Under the pieces are notes generated by a model that had not been told where the DNA came from, did no database searches, and saw only the letters and a list, made by a program, of their open reading frames with translations. Of a stretch of DNA of 56,383 bases, positions 24,881-38,959 are shown piece by piece. The position numbers were made by a program, and so were the translations under genes. The stretch covers positions 17,118,517 through 17,174,899 of the forward strand of contig NC_057719.1 in the NCBI RefSeq assembly GCF_004010195.1, given 5' to 3'. The stretch comes from Chiloscyllium plagiosum (Eukaryota). Position 1 is the first letter of the stretch. Each line of letters opens with the position of its first letter.

Positions 24881-25059
24881 CCAGATTTCAATTGTTCTAA
24901 CATTGGCATCAGGTTCCAAGGGCAGACTCTGGAATTCCTTAAATCATTCCATTTCTCCACTGCTCTCTGCTCCTATAAGGTGCTGGTGAAAAGTTGCCTT
25001 TTTTTTCACAAAGCTATTCAAATTACTTCTTTTATATCTTGGAGTCAGATCTTGAGAAT

Positions 25060-25355
25060 TATTAGATTACTTACAGTGTGGAAACAGGCCCTTCGGCCCA
25101 ACAAGTCCACACGAACCCTCCACCCACCCACACATTTATCCCTTCACTTAACACTACAGGCAATTTAGCGTGGCCAATTCACCTGACCTGCACATCTTTG
25201 GACTGTGGCAGGAAACCGGAGCACCCGGAGGAAACCCACACAGACATGGGGAGAATGTGCAAATTCCACACAGTCAGTCGCCTGAGGTGGGAATTGAACC
25301 CAGGTCTCTGGCGCTGTGAGGCAGCAGTGCTAACCACTGTGCCACCGTGCCACCC
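25060..25355 (-). mobile_element. HE1 SINE
   Basis: Canonical structure. Confidence 0.93.
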
Positions 25356-26381
25356 AATTAGCTCACGATTATGCTTTGAAATGCTTTGAGACATTTTATT
25401 TTGTTAAAGGAGCTATATAAATGCAAGATCATGTTGCTGTGAAACAATAGACAGGGGAAGGAATTTCAGAGCTTAGAGGTGTGGAAACTCAAGGTATGAT
25501 CACTAAAGGTGGAGAGTTTAAAACTGTGTTGTGCAAAGAGACAGAATTGAAGAAGTGCAAAGTTGTGAGGCTGGAGAAAATTGCAAAACAAGTTATGGAG
25601 TAAACTGCACAGGAATTTGAAAATGACGATGAGAATTATTTACAGTTCATTATAATCCCACTGTGCGTGTGTCTCTTCCTCTGTGTAATTGCCAACAAGA
25701 ATAGTTTCACAACCCCATGTCCAACTCAATCACTGGAATCCACTGTCATACCATGTGATTAAAATAGCTTTAACTACCTTTAAACACAGTTTGATCAAAC
25801 CCTAATATTGAGGCACCAGACAGTGAGGCAGGTTTTTTTTTTGATGCTGTGCAGTAAAAATGCAATTACACTGGAGCTCAGAGAGCATTTGGAGTTTGTA
25901 GAAACTCTATGCCCATATCACAGTGGGCCCATTTTAAATACTAGTGTACTTGTACACCTTAGCTTCATTGAGTTACCAGAATAAATGCAAACCTACTTGA
26001 ATGAAGCCCTATAGTAGCATATCAGATTTGCCTGAGGTTTGTCCTAGTTTTCTTTAACGTCCATTTGGAATTGAAGTGAGGCATGTTTCAGGGTCAGTAG
26101 AGCTCTTAAAGAGGAACTGAATTTATATCCCATAAAAAGCAGAAAATGTTAGACAACATCTATTGACAGAGAAAAACAGATTTAACATTTTCAGATCATG
26201 ACTTTTTTTTCAATCAGACATTATATGATCTTTATTGTGATATGTGTGTATATCATTGTTTTGAATATCTGTTTTTGACATTTTTATCAATTTTCTGGGA
26301 TCATCTTTTGGTGTTATTTCTTTTCTAAGCTTCTTCTGATAAATTTGTGGTTAAAATGTTTCCGGTACAATCCTACTTTTG

Positions 26382-26690
26382 GAGTCATAGCATTGAACAG
26401 TGTGGAAAGAGGCCCTTCAGCCCATCGTGTCCATGTCAGTCATCAACCACCAATTTCGTCTAGTCCCCTCTGCCAACATTTGGCCCATAGCCTTGTGTAC
26501 CTATGGAGTTTCAAATGTTCTTCTAAATATTTCTTAAATGTTGTGATGATTCCCAGCTCCACCATCCTCTCAGGCAGTGAGTTCCAGATTATCAACCACC
26601 CGCTGTGTGAAAAACCTTTCTTAAATTTCTTCAAAACCTACTGTCCCTTACCTTTCTTCAATAGCCCCCAGTTATTGATCCCTTCTAACC
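26382..26690 (-). mobile_element. CR1 3' end
   Basis: IWNSLPERMVELGIITTFKKYLEEHL. Confidence 0.85.
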
Positions 26691-26849
26691 AAGCTTTGTT
26701 AGCCTAACAATGATTCTTACAAAAGTACAGTGGAGACTGAATGCAGTGAGATTGAGTGTTTGAATCTGGAAACCCAGACTGTATTCCGCCTTACTCATCT
26801 AGATGGGTGAATGCTTTGCTGAACACTGATATTCTCTATGTAAAAATAA

Positions 26850-27405
26850 CCCGGTGCATCCAGTTGCCTGCCATTACAACACACTGCCATGTTCTCTGCC
26901 TAACACTGGGCTCGCTGCAGTGTTCCAGAGAAGCTCACTGCAAGCTGGAGAAACAGCATCTCATCTTCCACTTGGAGCCTTTAGCACTCAATACCAATAT
27001 CAGTAATGTTAAAGCCGCTGTTCATATCCTTTACCTTCCCTACACTCCAGCTCCTGTCATGACATGGGGTGCTTTCAGCCCAGCCAATCTATTTTCATCT
27101 ACTCACTAACCCCTTTATCAGGTTTTCTTCTTCCCTGGCTCACTATCAGCCATCGCTTAGTCTGCCTGACCTTCCCTTTCTCTGCTTGGACTCTGTCTCC
27201 ACCTATCGGCTCACTCCTTTGCCCTCCACCTCCTGTCATCAGCATTTATACTGCCTTTTCCTAGTTATTATCAGGTCTGAAGAACAGTCAGTGGACCCAA
27301 AAGGTTAACTCTGTTTTCTCTCCACAGATGTTGCCAGACCTGCTGAGTTTCTCCAGCAATTTCTGTTTTTGCTTCAGGTCTTCAGTATCCGCAGTTCTTT
27401 GTCTT
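26850..27405 (+). mobile_element. Penelope-like element: GIY-YIG C-terminus, 3' UTR and degenerate hammerhead
   Basis: LGSLQCSREAHCKLEKQHLIFHL; tctgaagaacagtcagtggacccaaaaggttaac at about 27277. Confidence 0.85.
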
Positions 27406-27406
27406 A

Positions 27407-27717
27407 TTAGATTAGATTATATTACAGTGTGGAAACAGGCCCTTTGGCCCAACAAGTCCACACCGACCCGCCGAAGCGCAACCCACCCAGACCCATTCCC
27501 CTACATTTACCCCTTCACCTAACACTACCGGCAATTTAGCATGGCCACTTCACCTAACCTGCACAGTTATTGGATTGTGGGAGGAAACCGGAGCACCTGG
27601 AGGAAACCCACGCAGACACGGGGAGAATGCGCAAACTCCACACACAGAGTCGCCTGAGGCGGGAATCAAACCCAGGTCTCTGGCGCTATGAGGCAGCAGT
27701 GCTAACCACTGTGCCAA
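27407..27717 (-). mobile_element. HE1 SINE
   Basis: Canonical structure. Confidence 0.93.
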
Positions 27718-27879
27718 CTATTATCACAGTTCAAGGAACTTCATCTTCAGGTTGTGGACATTGTAATGCATCTGGGAGGGGTAAATTGCAGTTTTCTCCA
27801 GGATAGTTCCTTCAGATTTGCTTCATGATCAAGGGCAGGTGGGTGTGACTATAAGAGAGGCAGGGATGCAGCTTAATAA

Positions 27880-28100
27880 CTTAAACCATAAGCAAATTGG
27901 CACAGAGTAAGTGAGGTCAGAGAGTTGAATGTGTGGTTCAAATATTGGCGTGGGAATAGTGCAGTTTGATTCATGGAAGACTGGTTCCAGTGTTGGGAAA
28001 AGAGCTGTACTATTTTCACAACCTTAACCTGAACTATGCTGGGATCAACATATCATCTATCTGTGACTGTAGAGGTAAAGAGAACTGTCAAGGCAGGGAA
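27880..28100 (+). mobile_element. Old CR1 ORF1 esterase C-terminal remnant
   Basis: EVRELNVWFKYW...FMEDWFQCW...LNLNYAG. Confidence 0.55.
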
Positions 28101-28184
28101 CAGGTCCTTGAATATGACTGGTTATCTTAAATTAGTTGTTGATGTAGGTATCTGCACATTCGAGATTGTTCAGCCAATGCTGCC

Positions 28185-28415
28185 TGTAGTGATTGTAACG
28201 AGGTTAGCCAGGTGGACCTCATACCATGTGAGTTCCCTGATGGGGCTGCTACTCTGATCCAAACAGGGAGCCCTGGCTGACAGATAAGGACAGGAGTGTC
28301 AGAGGTTCTATTCGCTCTGAGAGCTGGCTCTGAGGGAGCCGGACCAATGTCAAGTAGTATGCATGTGTAAATAAAGGGTGACTTGGTGACGGGATACCAA
28401 CCTCTGTGAAGTGAT
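28185..28415 (+). mobile_element. Probable solo LTR
   Basis: Begins TGTAGTG; CCAAT-like and TATA-like motifs; AATAAA near 28370; 3' end degenerate. Confidence 0.6.
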
Positions 28416-30029
28416 CTTGCTGCCCAATTTCAGAATCACATTTAACAGTCAGGTCAGCAAGTGGCACTTTGAATACAGCCTGTACTTTACCTGTTCCAAA
28501 TAACTGAAGGAATATGCCGCTTGATTTAATGAGCCATTTGTTGGAACAAATGGCCAACATATTTGACATCTCATGGCACTGAAATCCATACACGTTATTT
28601 CTCAACCATATAATGGGCAGGTTATATTTCTGGCTGATATCACCTTGTGTAGGAAGGGTAGTAAGAATGGCGAGGAGAGGACAAGCAGTTGGGAAAGGAA
28701 AAGAAAGAGCCATACTGGGCAAGTAAGAAGGAGGCACAGGAAAGGTAGAGTGTTTAAGAAAGTCCAGACCATGACATTGATCTTGAAATTGGTGGGGTAG
28801 GGAAACAGGATGTTCTGAAAGGGTGCAAATGATTCCTCGGGTGTGGGTTGCCAGCAAGACATTGGAAGACAGCTGTCAGGAAAACGCCGTGTCTTGGCTG
28901 CCTCATATTCTTAAGAATGATCAGCACCATAAATCTCCACTCCTTTCAGGAACATTGAGCCTTCCTCTCCAAATCACTGATCTGGAAGGGTGCATATTAT
29001 GAAGCAGCTTATTAGTTTTCCATTTTTTTTATGTGTACATCAGCAGAACAGCAACTGAGAATGATATTCAGGAATAAATTGACTACATCTAAACTTTACA
29101 TGTAATTTCAGACCTTGCATAGTCAAGAGTGGAAAATCTATTTTATTACATTTACATGCTAATAACATGCCAAGTTAAAATCACACAGCTTTTATTTTTG
29201 AAACGTGCTTTAGATCTGGTCACTAATGTTTGCACAAGACACTATTTGCCAAAAACTAAGTGCACAATCATTGAGATTGCCTACATTGCAAGCTGAAGTT
29301 CAGTTCATAACTATACTTAATTTGTTAATGTGCAAAAGGGTAAGGAGACCTAAATAAAATAAGGCACCTTGAATTAACTCATTGTCATATTACATTTATT
29401 CAACCTAGATCAGTGACAGGAATGCGTCCCCTCTAAAACAGGATTGATGGGACTTTATGTCAATGTTTCTCTCCCGTGTAAGCAGAGTGATAGATGCACA
29501 GCTTCACTCAAGCTTAGAACTTTATTATTCTGCATCACATGAGAACTGCTGCTGTACAATGGGTGGAATTGTAGGTAACAGCTAAAAATATGATTTAAGA
29601 CACAAATAAAAAGTATAATACGCACTCAGATTCAAGTGCATTTATCCTGCTCTCCTGCAACAATCCAGTTTAACACTGAGTCTCACTTCAAGTCAAAGAT
29701 GTATAACAAGTAATACACTGTGCTCATTGTCTGTTTTCTTATTCCCTCGTGCACAATTAAATGAGGTAGGTCCAGTTAGTGATCCATATTGGTTGTATGC
29801 TATGTTGAAACACACACTAAAGCCAATCTTGGCTCAGTGTCAATACCGTATGACTGTCTGTAATAACATTGTAGTGACAATGCATAGCAAGAGAGATAAA
29901 AGATGAATCAATATTTGAAAAAGCAAATCATAGTCCTTGTGGCAGAATTAAGCTGGACCTGGAGAAGGTCAAATCAGAATAGTCCAAATTCAATTATTCC
30001 AGTTTGCATCACATGTTGGAATATTGTCA

Positions 30030-30485
30030 ACTGCAGCTCACTTGGAGCATTCTCACTGCTGAATCAGTAACGCAATGGGTTGAAGTTCCATGCCAGGTTC
30101 TGAGTACAAACGTCAAGGTTGATACTCCAGTGCAGGACTGATGGCATGCTATGGTGTTGAAGAGTTACCTTTTTGAATGAAACATTTACCTAAAGCCCTG
30201 TCTGGCCGCTCAGATGGAAGTACACCATCACAAAACAATATTACAAAGAAGAAGGGGGAGTTACGCCCGCTTTCCTAACCAATGTTTCCCCTCAATCAAT
30301 GTCACTGATGCAGATTACAAAGACCTTATTGTAATGCTGTTTGTGGGAGCTTGCTGTATGGAAATTGGTTGTCAAGTTTCCCGCATTACAATAGTGACTA
30401 CACTTTAAGAGTAAAGTATTAGCTGTAAATCACTTTGAGATTTCTGTCAGGCATGAAATGCAGTGTATAAATGTAAGTTATTTTT
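30030..30485 (+). mobile_element. SacSINE1-like Deu-SINE, near full length
   Basis: tRNA-like head, Deu core (ccctgtctggccgctcagatgg...aagaagaagggggagtt...cccctcaatcaatgtcac), L2-type tail tataaatgtaag. Confidence 0.85.
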
Positions 30486-30774
30486 AGAATAACCATGCTT
30501 CAAGAGGAAGAGGTATCTTTCATTTGGGTTGGCCTGGAGGTGGGTTTTGCCTGTTTGCAGACTTGTTCTTGACAAGAACAACCAGAGTTGAAATTGCACC
30601 TGGACAAAAATGACTCAGATCCTTGAGCTCACCATCAAATGTACAAGGTGATAATGGCTGTATATTCTCATCGAGGTTAGCAAGAATCAGCACTGTAAGA
30701 TTGTCTGGGAAATCATCAAGAATTTGGTAATTACTCCCACAACCACACCTTCACCCCCCCCAAAACTGTTTGAA

Positions 30775-31121
30775 CCGTATTCACAGCCAAACATCTACAT
30801 GCTCTCCTACAACCACTTCCACCAGGCAGAAGATACAGAAGGTTGAACACATAGATGAGAAAGGTTCAAGTACAGCTTCTGCCCTGCCATTATTAGACTG
30901 ATGAATGGACTTTCTAACTTCACATAATGTTGATCCTGTTAATGTTGAACTTACCTCACAATGTCCTATACAGTACAATCTGTATGCCTCACTCGTCCCA
31001 AGTTTCTTTTCACCCTATGATCTGTACATCCTTACTTACTATGATCTGCCTGCACTGCTCGCAAACAAAGCTTTTCACTGTACTTAGGTACACATAACAA
31101 TAAATTAAGTCAAATCAAATC
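30775..31121 (+). mobile_element. Rex1/Babar LINE 3' end
   Basis: LLQPLPPGRRYRRLNT...RFKYSFCPAIIRLMN; aataaa and (caaat)n tail. Confidence 0.8.
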
Positions 31122-32399
31122 GAGATTCCTTCATATTGGTGGACAACAAATCCATTTTTAGATTAGATTAGATTAGATTTTCCTCACTCAACCTACAAGA
31201 GTCAAACAATCAACGATAGCAGAAATCGGAAGAATAGAACAGACCTTTCAGCCCTTTCATCCCTTTTCATCAGTCAACGAAATCATTGCCATTGTGTAGT
31301 TATTTGAATTAATCTGTATGGACATGCTGCTTTGGGAATTACATAGAACCAGTGCTGGCACAATGGATTACCTTCCTCTGCGATCTAACAGTTCTGTGCA
31401 TCTGGACCTTCTAACTTAGAGGTAGGGGTATTGGGACTATGTAGAATAGTGCATACCCCTTCACACTCCTACCCAGCAGATACCCTCATTTTTGTAATTT
31501 TCAATTGACTTAGCCATCCTCATTAGCTTCTCCTTAACTGACATTTAAGTATTTTAAATACATTTTCATGCTAGTGTGATCATTTGAACAATGCATGGCT
31601 GATAACACCACTTTAAGATATTTTACCAAAGGGAAATATTGTTTTACCTAACAAAAGAAAGAAGCTGAGCATTAACTATTTTACCTTCTCTTCTAGGAAC
31701 GAAACTCCAGTGACAGAAGAGCAGAAAATTATATCAAATCATCATACGTGCACATAAATGCACTGTACCCAGGAGTAACTGCAATAATAACACCTGTCAG
31801 AGCAGAAATGGTCCTGTCAATGAAGGTATACTGGGTAGGCACATAAGAGGAGCATTGTCTGTTTTCGCACTTTGAATGCTGAAAGGCCTTTTCAGTTTTC
31901 AAAACACAATTCTTACCGTTTTTTTAACACAGATAGGAGAATGCCACAGCGTGCAGCACTTACAATTTACAATTCGTTGACATCAGGCTTTTGTAATGGT
32001 GGCTGAAGCTCCCTCTATTCCACAACCTCAGATGGGGCCAGTGAGTGCAATTTTTTTAACCACCTTCAACTGGGGCTGGACTGAGGGTTGGAGCAGTGAG
32101 GGTGGTGAGTATAGGGTCATGTAGTAGAATGTCAAGGGGGCCATATGAAGGACTCCTCCATCTCTGCTGGAATTTAACTAAGAGTGAAGGAAATGTCAGC
32201 TGACACATCCATTGTTTGGGGCCAAGTGAGGCCCTTCAAAGGCCCAGACCCCTGACATACAAATGAGAGAGCAGTTCACCATTTTGCCTTTACATGCTTT
32301 TCTGAGGTGTACAATTTATCAACAGCGAGCTCTAAAAGACTCACAAAATGATCAATAAAAAGGTCTACCGCAGTTTTTTTTTTCAATTTCACATCCTTT

Positions 32400-32700
32400 C
32401 TTTGATTTATTTGATTTCTTTATTGTCATGTGTATTTTGTTACAAAATACAGTGAAAGTTATTGTATCTTGTTGCCATTTTCTGTCTTAAAACACAGAAA
32501 AGTTAACCAAAACATAGAAAATAATGGCAGAGAAATAAAGAAATAGTGTTCAACTTTGCAGTCTTTCTTGTTCAGTGCTCCACCATGGGCAATGGGCCTG
32601 GTGGCCAGGCACAAGTCCCCTTAGCAGCTGAAATGAAAGTTGCCATTCTTCGGCATCATCTCTCCTCCATCAACATCCTCGCTGGATTCATACAGACTCA
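32400..32700 (-). mobile_element. Non-autonomous element with Rex1-like tail
   Basis: tttgattt...tttattgtcatgtgta...tacagtgaaag followed by a non-coding body. Confidence 0.5.
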
Positions 32701-33399
32701 GACAGACCATGTAGAGAATGATTAATGCTTGAGATACATTGGCAGACATCATGAGCTTTCAGTGGCATGGAGGCAGTAGCAGTTGGAGTCTGGGTTGATA
32801 ACCATTTTCTGAACATCCAAAATCCCAGAGCCATCTTGAAGTCACTCCCTGTATATTTAGCTTTACGTGAGGGATTTTAAAAAAAAAATCGGTTCATATC
32901 AATGCCAGCAGTGGCTGTCAGTTCCTGTGTCAACCGTCACAAACTCAGAACCATTGATGCATGATGACATTCACACAAAAGGACCAATTTTGTTACAAAA
33001 TAATCTGCTGTTGATCACTGGAAATATCCACATTCACTGCATTTCTCATGGGACTTTGAGGCAATGGAAACAGGGCTGACTAAGGTCCGTAGTTTATAAA
33101 CTGTCATCAATTTCAGAGTAGCACAAGGAAGGGTTATTCTATTATTCCTGCCCTTTTACCAGTTCTGTTCAGGGTGTTTTGAAAAGGAGGGCACTTGCAG
33201 ATTTATTGTAATGGAAATAATTATCTCAGTTTTATTGACAGCCTTTTCCCCACAAGGCATCATTTTAATTACAGAATTTTAGAAAGACAGGTAAGACTGT
33301 CATGTAAGGTTTAATGCAGCGGAAAGCTTTGTGCTGAAAGAAAATAAATTTCTTCCTCACAATCTGAAAGCCTTTTACTGAACTTTGAGGTTATAATCT

Positions 33400-33700
33400 A
33401 ACTTGAAACTCCAGTGCATCACAGATGGAATGCTGCCTTGTTGGAGGTACTGTTTCTTGCTGTGAGAGCTTAAAGCAAAGCCTTGCTTGGTCTCACTCGC
33501 TCAAGTCACCTCAACGTTTTGAAGGCAAGTCATGGCTTCTGCTGGTGTCCAGACAAACACTTGATCACCAAACGGTTAACTGGTGATACACCACATCGTA
33601 AATCTCAGCTGCGTTATCTCCATGATTGAATATTGCTTCCAAAACTCAATCACTAGGTTGAAGACTGCTCGCTTTAAAGAAAGTACTAGCTGTTGTGTAA
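33400..33700 (+). mobile_element. Degenerate Deu-SINE
   Basis: actccagtgcatcacagatggaatgctgccttgttggagg...ggtgtccagacaaacac. Confidence 0.55.
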
Positions 33701-34229
33701 GGTGGTAAGAGTCTGAAATGGTTAACGTCGAGAGTGCCTGAAGCATCATCTATGATGATGTTTTATCAATTCAGAGGGACAACAGTTTGGGATCTCAAAG
33801 GAATATGACCTACCATCTGGATCTACTTGTAGGCTCTGTATCATATTAATGTAACTATATATCGTTGTTAGCAATGTAATAAACGACATCCTATTGAATA
33901 TTAGAGCACTTCTTGTTAGGTTATGAAGTGGTTTCCCTCTGCCATATCAGACCAAATAGGCCATGTAGATCCCTACTCCTACTGAGAATGGTGTCAGCAG
34001 ATCTACCTGATAACTCATACAACATGATGAATAGATGTGAGGATTCAACTTCCATTACCAGAAGTTGGCTGATGTCCTTGGGTTTTTTTTTAATTGTGTG
34101 GATTGAGAATGTAAACATTGTTGCCAAGGCTGGTTTTATTGCCTCCCGCTATTTGACTTGAGAATTTGCTGGTGCCCATCCTTTCTCTTCAAACAGCGTG
34201 TGATATGATGAAACATTAGAAGGTGCAGT

Positions 34230-35125
34230 ACAGAAACATTATAAAACCTGAGCAATGCAAATGATATGAGGACAGATGACCAAATTCTTGGTCAAAGATT
34301 TGATTTGATTTAATGCATTATTGTCACATGCACCTAGGTCCAGTGAAAAGTTTTGTTTTGTGTGCAGTACAGGCAGATCATACCATACAAAGATTATAGG
34401 TGATTGAACAGAGCGAGGAATACAAAGTTATAGCTGCAAAGAAGGTGCACGAAAAGCAAGATCAACATTGGATTTGAAATTTGAAAGGTCCATTCTAAGG
34501 TCTAATAACAGCGGGGAAGAAGCTGAATTGAACCGGTTGGTACGAGGATTTAAGCTTTTGTATCTTCTGCTTCATGGAAGAGAATATAACCAGGGTGGGA
34601 GGGGTCTTTGATGATGTTGGCTACCTTTCAAAGACATTAGAGTCATTGGTTGGAGGGTTGACTTTTGTGATGGATTGGGCCTTGTTCACAACTCTCTGTA
34701 GTTTCTCTGTAGAGGTCGGGTCTTCAGGAGTGTCCACAAGGTGGAAAGCAAAGTTGAGAGATGTAGGGAGGGAAATCTGAGAGTTTTGTACCGAAACAGC
34801 TGAAGATATGACCACCGGTGGTGGAGCAATTATAATTGGGAATGCACAAAAGGCCAAAAGGAGAGGCGTGCAGCTGCCTTGAAAGTTTATGAAGCTGGAG
34901 AAGGTTACAGAGATGGTGAAGGACCAGACAATGGAGGGATTTGAAAACAAGGATAAGAATTTTAAAATCATGGCATTGCTTTACTGGAAGCTAATGTGAG
35001 TCAGTGAGCACAGGAGCAAAAGGGGAGCAGTGACTACTGTAAGTTAAGACACAGTCGGCAGAGTTTTGGGTTTCCTCAGGTTAGAATATGAGAGGCCAGC
35101 TAGGAATGTGATGGAATAGTCCAGA
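34230..35125 (-). mobile_element. L2 3' portion interrupted by Rex1
   Basis: gatgaccaaattcttggtcaaa | gaggtcgggtcttcaggagtgtc; gatttgaaaacaaggataagaattttaaa. Confidence 0.7.
34296..34708 (-). mobile_element. Rex1/Babar LINE 3' end
   Basis: EKLQRVVNKAQSIT; (gattt)n tail. Confidence 0.82.
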
Positions 35126-35137
35126 GAAAATAAGGGA

Positions 35138-36277
35138 ACCTAATCTAGTCCCACTTGCCAGGACCTGGCCCATATCCTTCCAAATCCTTCCTATTCATCC
35201 AGATGCCTTTTAAATGTTGCAATTGTACCAGCCTCCACCACTTCCTCTGGCAGCTCATTCCATACACGTACCACCCTCTGTGTGAAAAGGTTGCTCCATA
35301 GGTCTCTTTTATATCTTTCCCCTCTCACCCTAAACCTATGCCCTCTAGTTCTGGACTCCCCCACCCCAGGGAAAAGACTTTGCCTATTTATCCTATCCAT
35401 GCCCCTCATGAATTTATAAATCTCCATAAGGTCAATCCTCAGCCTCCGACACTCGAGGGAAAACAGGCTCAGCCTATTCAGCCTCTCCCTTTAGCGCAAA
35501 TCCTCCAACCCTGGCAACATCCTTGTAAATCTTTTCTGAACCCTTTCCAGTTTCACAACATCCTTCCAATAGGAAGGAGACCAGAATTGCATGCAATACT
35601 CCAATGTCCCGCAACATGACCTCCCAACTCCTGTACTCAATACTCTGACCAATAAAGGAAAGCACACCAACCACCTTCTTCACTATCCCAGCTACCTGCA
35701 TCTCTACTCTCAAGGAGCTATGAACCTGCACTCCAAGGTCTCTTTGTTCAGTAACACTCCCTAGGCCTGATTAGAATAGATTCCCTACAGTTTGGAAACA
35801 GGCCCTTCAGCCCAACAAGTCCACAACGACCCTCCGAACAGTATTTGCCCCTGACTAATACACGTAACACCATGGGCAATTTAGCGTGGCCAATTCACCT
35901 GGCCTGCACATCTTTTGCACCCAGAGGAAACCCATGCAGACAGGGGGAGAATGTGCAAACTCCACATAGACAGTCTCCCGAGGCTGAGATCAAACCCAGG
36001 TCTCTGATGCTGTGAGGCAGCATTGCTAACCACTGAGCCACAGTGCTACCCCCTCAGAGCCTTTCCATTAAGTGTATAGGTCCTGCTAAGATTTGCTTTC
36101 CCAAAATGCAGCACCTCACATTTATCTAAATTAAACACCATCTGTCACTCCCCAGCCCATTGGCCCATCTGATCAAGATTCCGCTGTAGTCTGAGGTAAC
36201 CTTCTTCGCTGTCCACTACACCTCCTATTTTGGTGTCATCTGCAAACTTGCTAACTATACCTCCTATGTTCACATCC
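35138..36277 (-). mobile_element. CR1/HER1 LINE 3' portion, interrupted by HE1
   Basis: RTRGHRFRVRGER...QRVVRVWNELPEEVVEAG; FADDTK motif near 36230. Confidence 0.95.
35770..36052 (-). mobile_element. HE1 SINE inside CR1
   Basis: Canonical tail and head, internal deletions. Confidence 0.9.
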
Positions 36278-36464
36278 TTTTAATTAGAGATTCGAATTCA
36301 TATTCTCTGCATCAGTCCAGTAACATACCTTTACCCTACAAATCACAGCATTTTATATACATTCAACTATTCATTAAAATCTATTTTCACATGCACATAT
36401 CCCATATTCTTACTATGGAGGCAACAACCTAGTGGTATCATCGCTAGACTGTTAATCCAGGAGT

Positions 36465-36550
36465 TGAATAGTGTGGCGCTGGAAAAGTACAGCAGCTCAG
36501 ATAGCATCTGAGGAGAAAGAGGATCAACAATTTGGGCTTAAGCCCTTTAT
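36465..36550 (-). mobile_element. PLE end fragment (family A)
   Basis: gtgtggcgctggaaaagtacagcag...tttgggcttaagccctt. Confidence 0.65.
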
Positions 36551-38070
36551 CCATAGCAGCTCTCTCCAACACCGTACATGCCACCAATTCCTTGCTATAC
36601 ATCTGTGACCATAAAGGCATGTTAAGGCATTAAAAATAAGAAAAGGATTCTACAATAATAACCAACAGCATCAATTTACAATTTTCACAGCAAAATACAC
36701 ACAACCTGACAATTTGGTTCTTAAACACTTTTAAAATGTTTCGGCAACACACCTTTAGTATTCCAGCATATGCTTTGGATGAATAGGGTTACATCTTGCT
36801 GGAAAGAATGACCCAGTCAGTCGTTACAAAATCAAAGCCAATAGGTGCATTTATAAAATACATTTTGCTTCAGGTGGCACTACACCTCACTGCTGTCATT
36901 CCCCCACTGATTGTGAGCAATACAATCGAGCAACTATTAGTGTGTGCTTTGAATGTGGGCAAGTCTGTGTAATTGATGTTGTCGAATATACATTAAATAC
37001 TGGATTAAACAATGAAATAGCTGGTTCACTTTGGCTGTTCCTTGCACAGGGGAAGAGATTTCTTGACAGATTGAACAGAAAAACTTACAAAAGAGATGTT
37101 TGGGGTCAAGAGACCATTACACAAAGATCTCTTCTATGAACTGAATATTACTCTATAAAGCACAGATGTATACTGAAATTTGTATTTGCAGGAGTCAAAC
37201 AATCTGGAAAATACATCACATAAGAAGCTGAGCTGTGTCTAGTGCAAGTGAGCAATAAATAGCTACACATCTGGCCAGAAGATAGTTAGAGAATTTACTG
37301 AGCAATCATCATTAAACTGATGAGTGGTTCCTGTAAAGGTTCATAGTTCGCCAGTTGAATGAAACCTTTTTTTTGTTTTCTAGGTTTGTAGTGGGGAAAT
37401 GCTTTGAAATGGAATTGGAATTCAAACTGATGCAATTTGGATTAATTTCCAAATATCCTAATTTTAGCCAATTTTGCACAATTTGGATTTGATAGTCTGT
37501 CTGCTTAACAAAACTAATAATGGTTCTGTGCACACCCAGCAGGAAGATCTTTATATCCATCATCCCAATGTCACACTCACACAATATGGATTTATGAACT
37601 TATAAGGTATAAACTTGAAATGGGTACTTAACATTAAAGCAAAATAGGGTTGAGAGGGGTCAGGTGACCTTTTCTTTCATGTCAATATACATAGACTTAC
37701 ACAAGGCCCTTGAGCTAATCATTGTATCGGGACCAGTCATTAAACTTCAAGTAAACTTTCTGGACATATCATTGTGAAGTGATTAAAGTGCAATTGTCCT
37801 TTCCTGTGGTTAATGGCTGCCTTTTCCAAACAGTTAAAAATGAAATTGTTTTCACAATACTGCTTACAGAATTTTCAGCTTGAGTGTTGAATTCCAGACA
37901 ATGACTGTGAGAAAACCCTCTTCTATGGTATGTGAATCGGGAAAACTTGGACCCCACTATTTGACAATGGTCTCGACATCAGAAAACATCAATGAGGACA
38001 ATGGGAATAAATACTCTTGTTACAACTAGGTTTAAAATCAAGACATTTAACCTGCCATTTGTCAGTTCTT

Positions 38071-38495
38071 CATAGACATAGAGTCATACAGTTTGAAAAC
38101 AGAGCCTTCAGTCCAACTTGGCTGTGCTGTGTTGACCAGGTTTTCCAAACTAAACTACTCTGTTTTGCCTGCATTTGGCCCATATTCCTCTAAACCTTTC
38201 CTCTTCATGTAGAGATCTAAATGTCCTTTACCTGCATCCACCACTTATTCTGGCAGTTCATTCCACGTACAAACCAGCCTCTGTGTGAAAAAATTGCCTC
38301 TCAGGTCCCTTTTAAATATTTCTCCTCTCACCTTAAAAATATGGCCCCTAGTTTTGAACTCTCCCACTCTAGGGAAAGGACCTTTGCTATTCACCTTATC
38401 TATACCCCTCATGATTTTATAAACCTCCATAAGGTCATCCCTCAACCTCTTACACTCCAGTGAAAAAAAGGCCCAGCCTATCCTTATAATCAAAC
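38071..38495 (-). mobile_element. CR1 3' end
   Basis: RLRDDLMEVYKIMRGIDKV...TRGHIFKVRGE...FFTQRLVCTWNELPE. Confidence 0.92.
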
Positions 38496-38959
38496 CCTCT
38501 ATCTACTTTAACATTTGTTCTGAACTGGTTTCCATGTGGTTTGGGAGCAAATTTTAATCAGTCACAAAAGGGACCACTGTCTGAGCCAGAGTCAGTAGGA
38601 AATACTGAGAGAAAAAGTGAATGAGAGTGAAAAAAGATATTGGACTCAAAATCACTAGGACACACTGCTGCAGTGTTCTAGACTATTAGGGGATCTGGAC
38701 AAACAATAATACAAAACAAGATGTTAAGCTAAACAACAGTTCACTTCATAATCAATCCTCAGCAGCCACCAAAAATCCAAAATCTACTGTTATTTAGCAG
38801 ACTTGAGGCCTGATTAGAAACCAATGGCAATGCATCTCTGTAGAGTTCCAGACAACCAAGGGATGTTATCACTTTTCACCTCTTGACTGACCAAAACCAG
38901 ATGTATTTTTAAAAATAAAAATTTTACTATTCAGGTACTGTAAAAGAACAGGCAAATAA

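Larger units (their letters stand above)
23990..25440 (+). mobile_element. L2-clade LINE 3' portion hosting nested HE1, PLE and HE1 insertions
   Basis: FHMDIDNSQLY, IQCWMNINFLQLNMSKS; 3' end gctatataaatgcaag...gttgctgt. Confidence 0.75.

Noticed and set aside
28249..28857. 202-aa ORF
   Set aside because: No recognisable domain; it runs antisense through a solo LTR.
21348..29434. Shared 13-mer atgcgtcccctct
   Set aside because: Too short and does not extend; compatible with chance.
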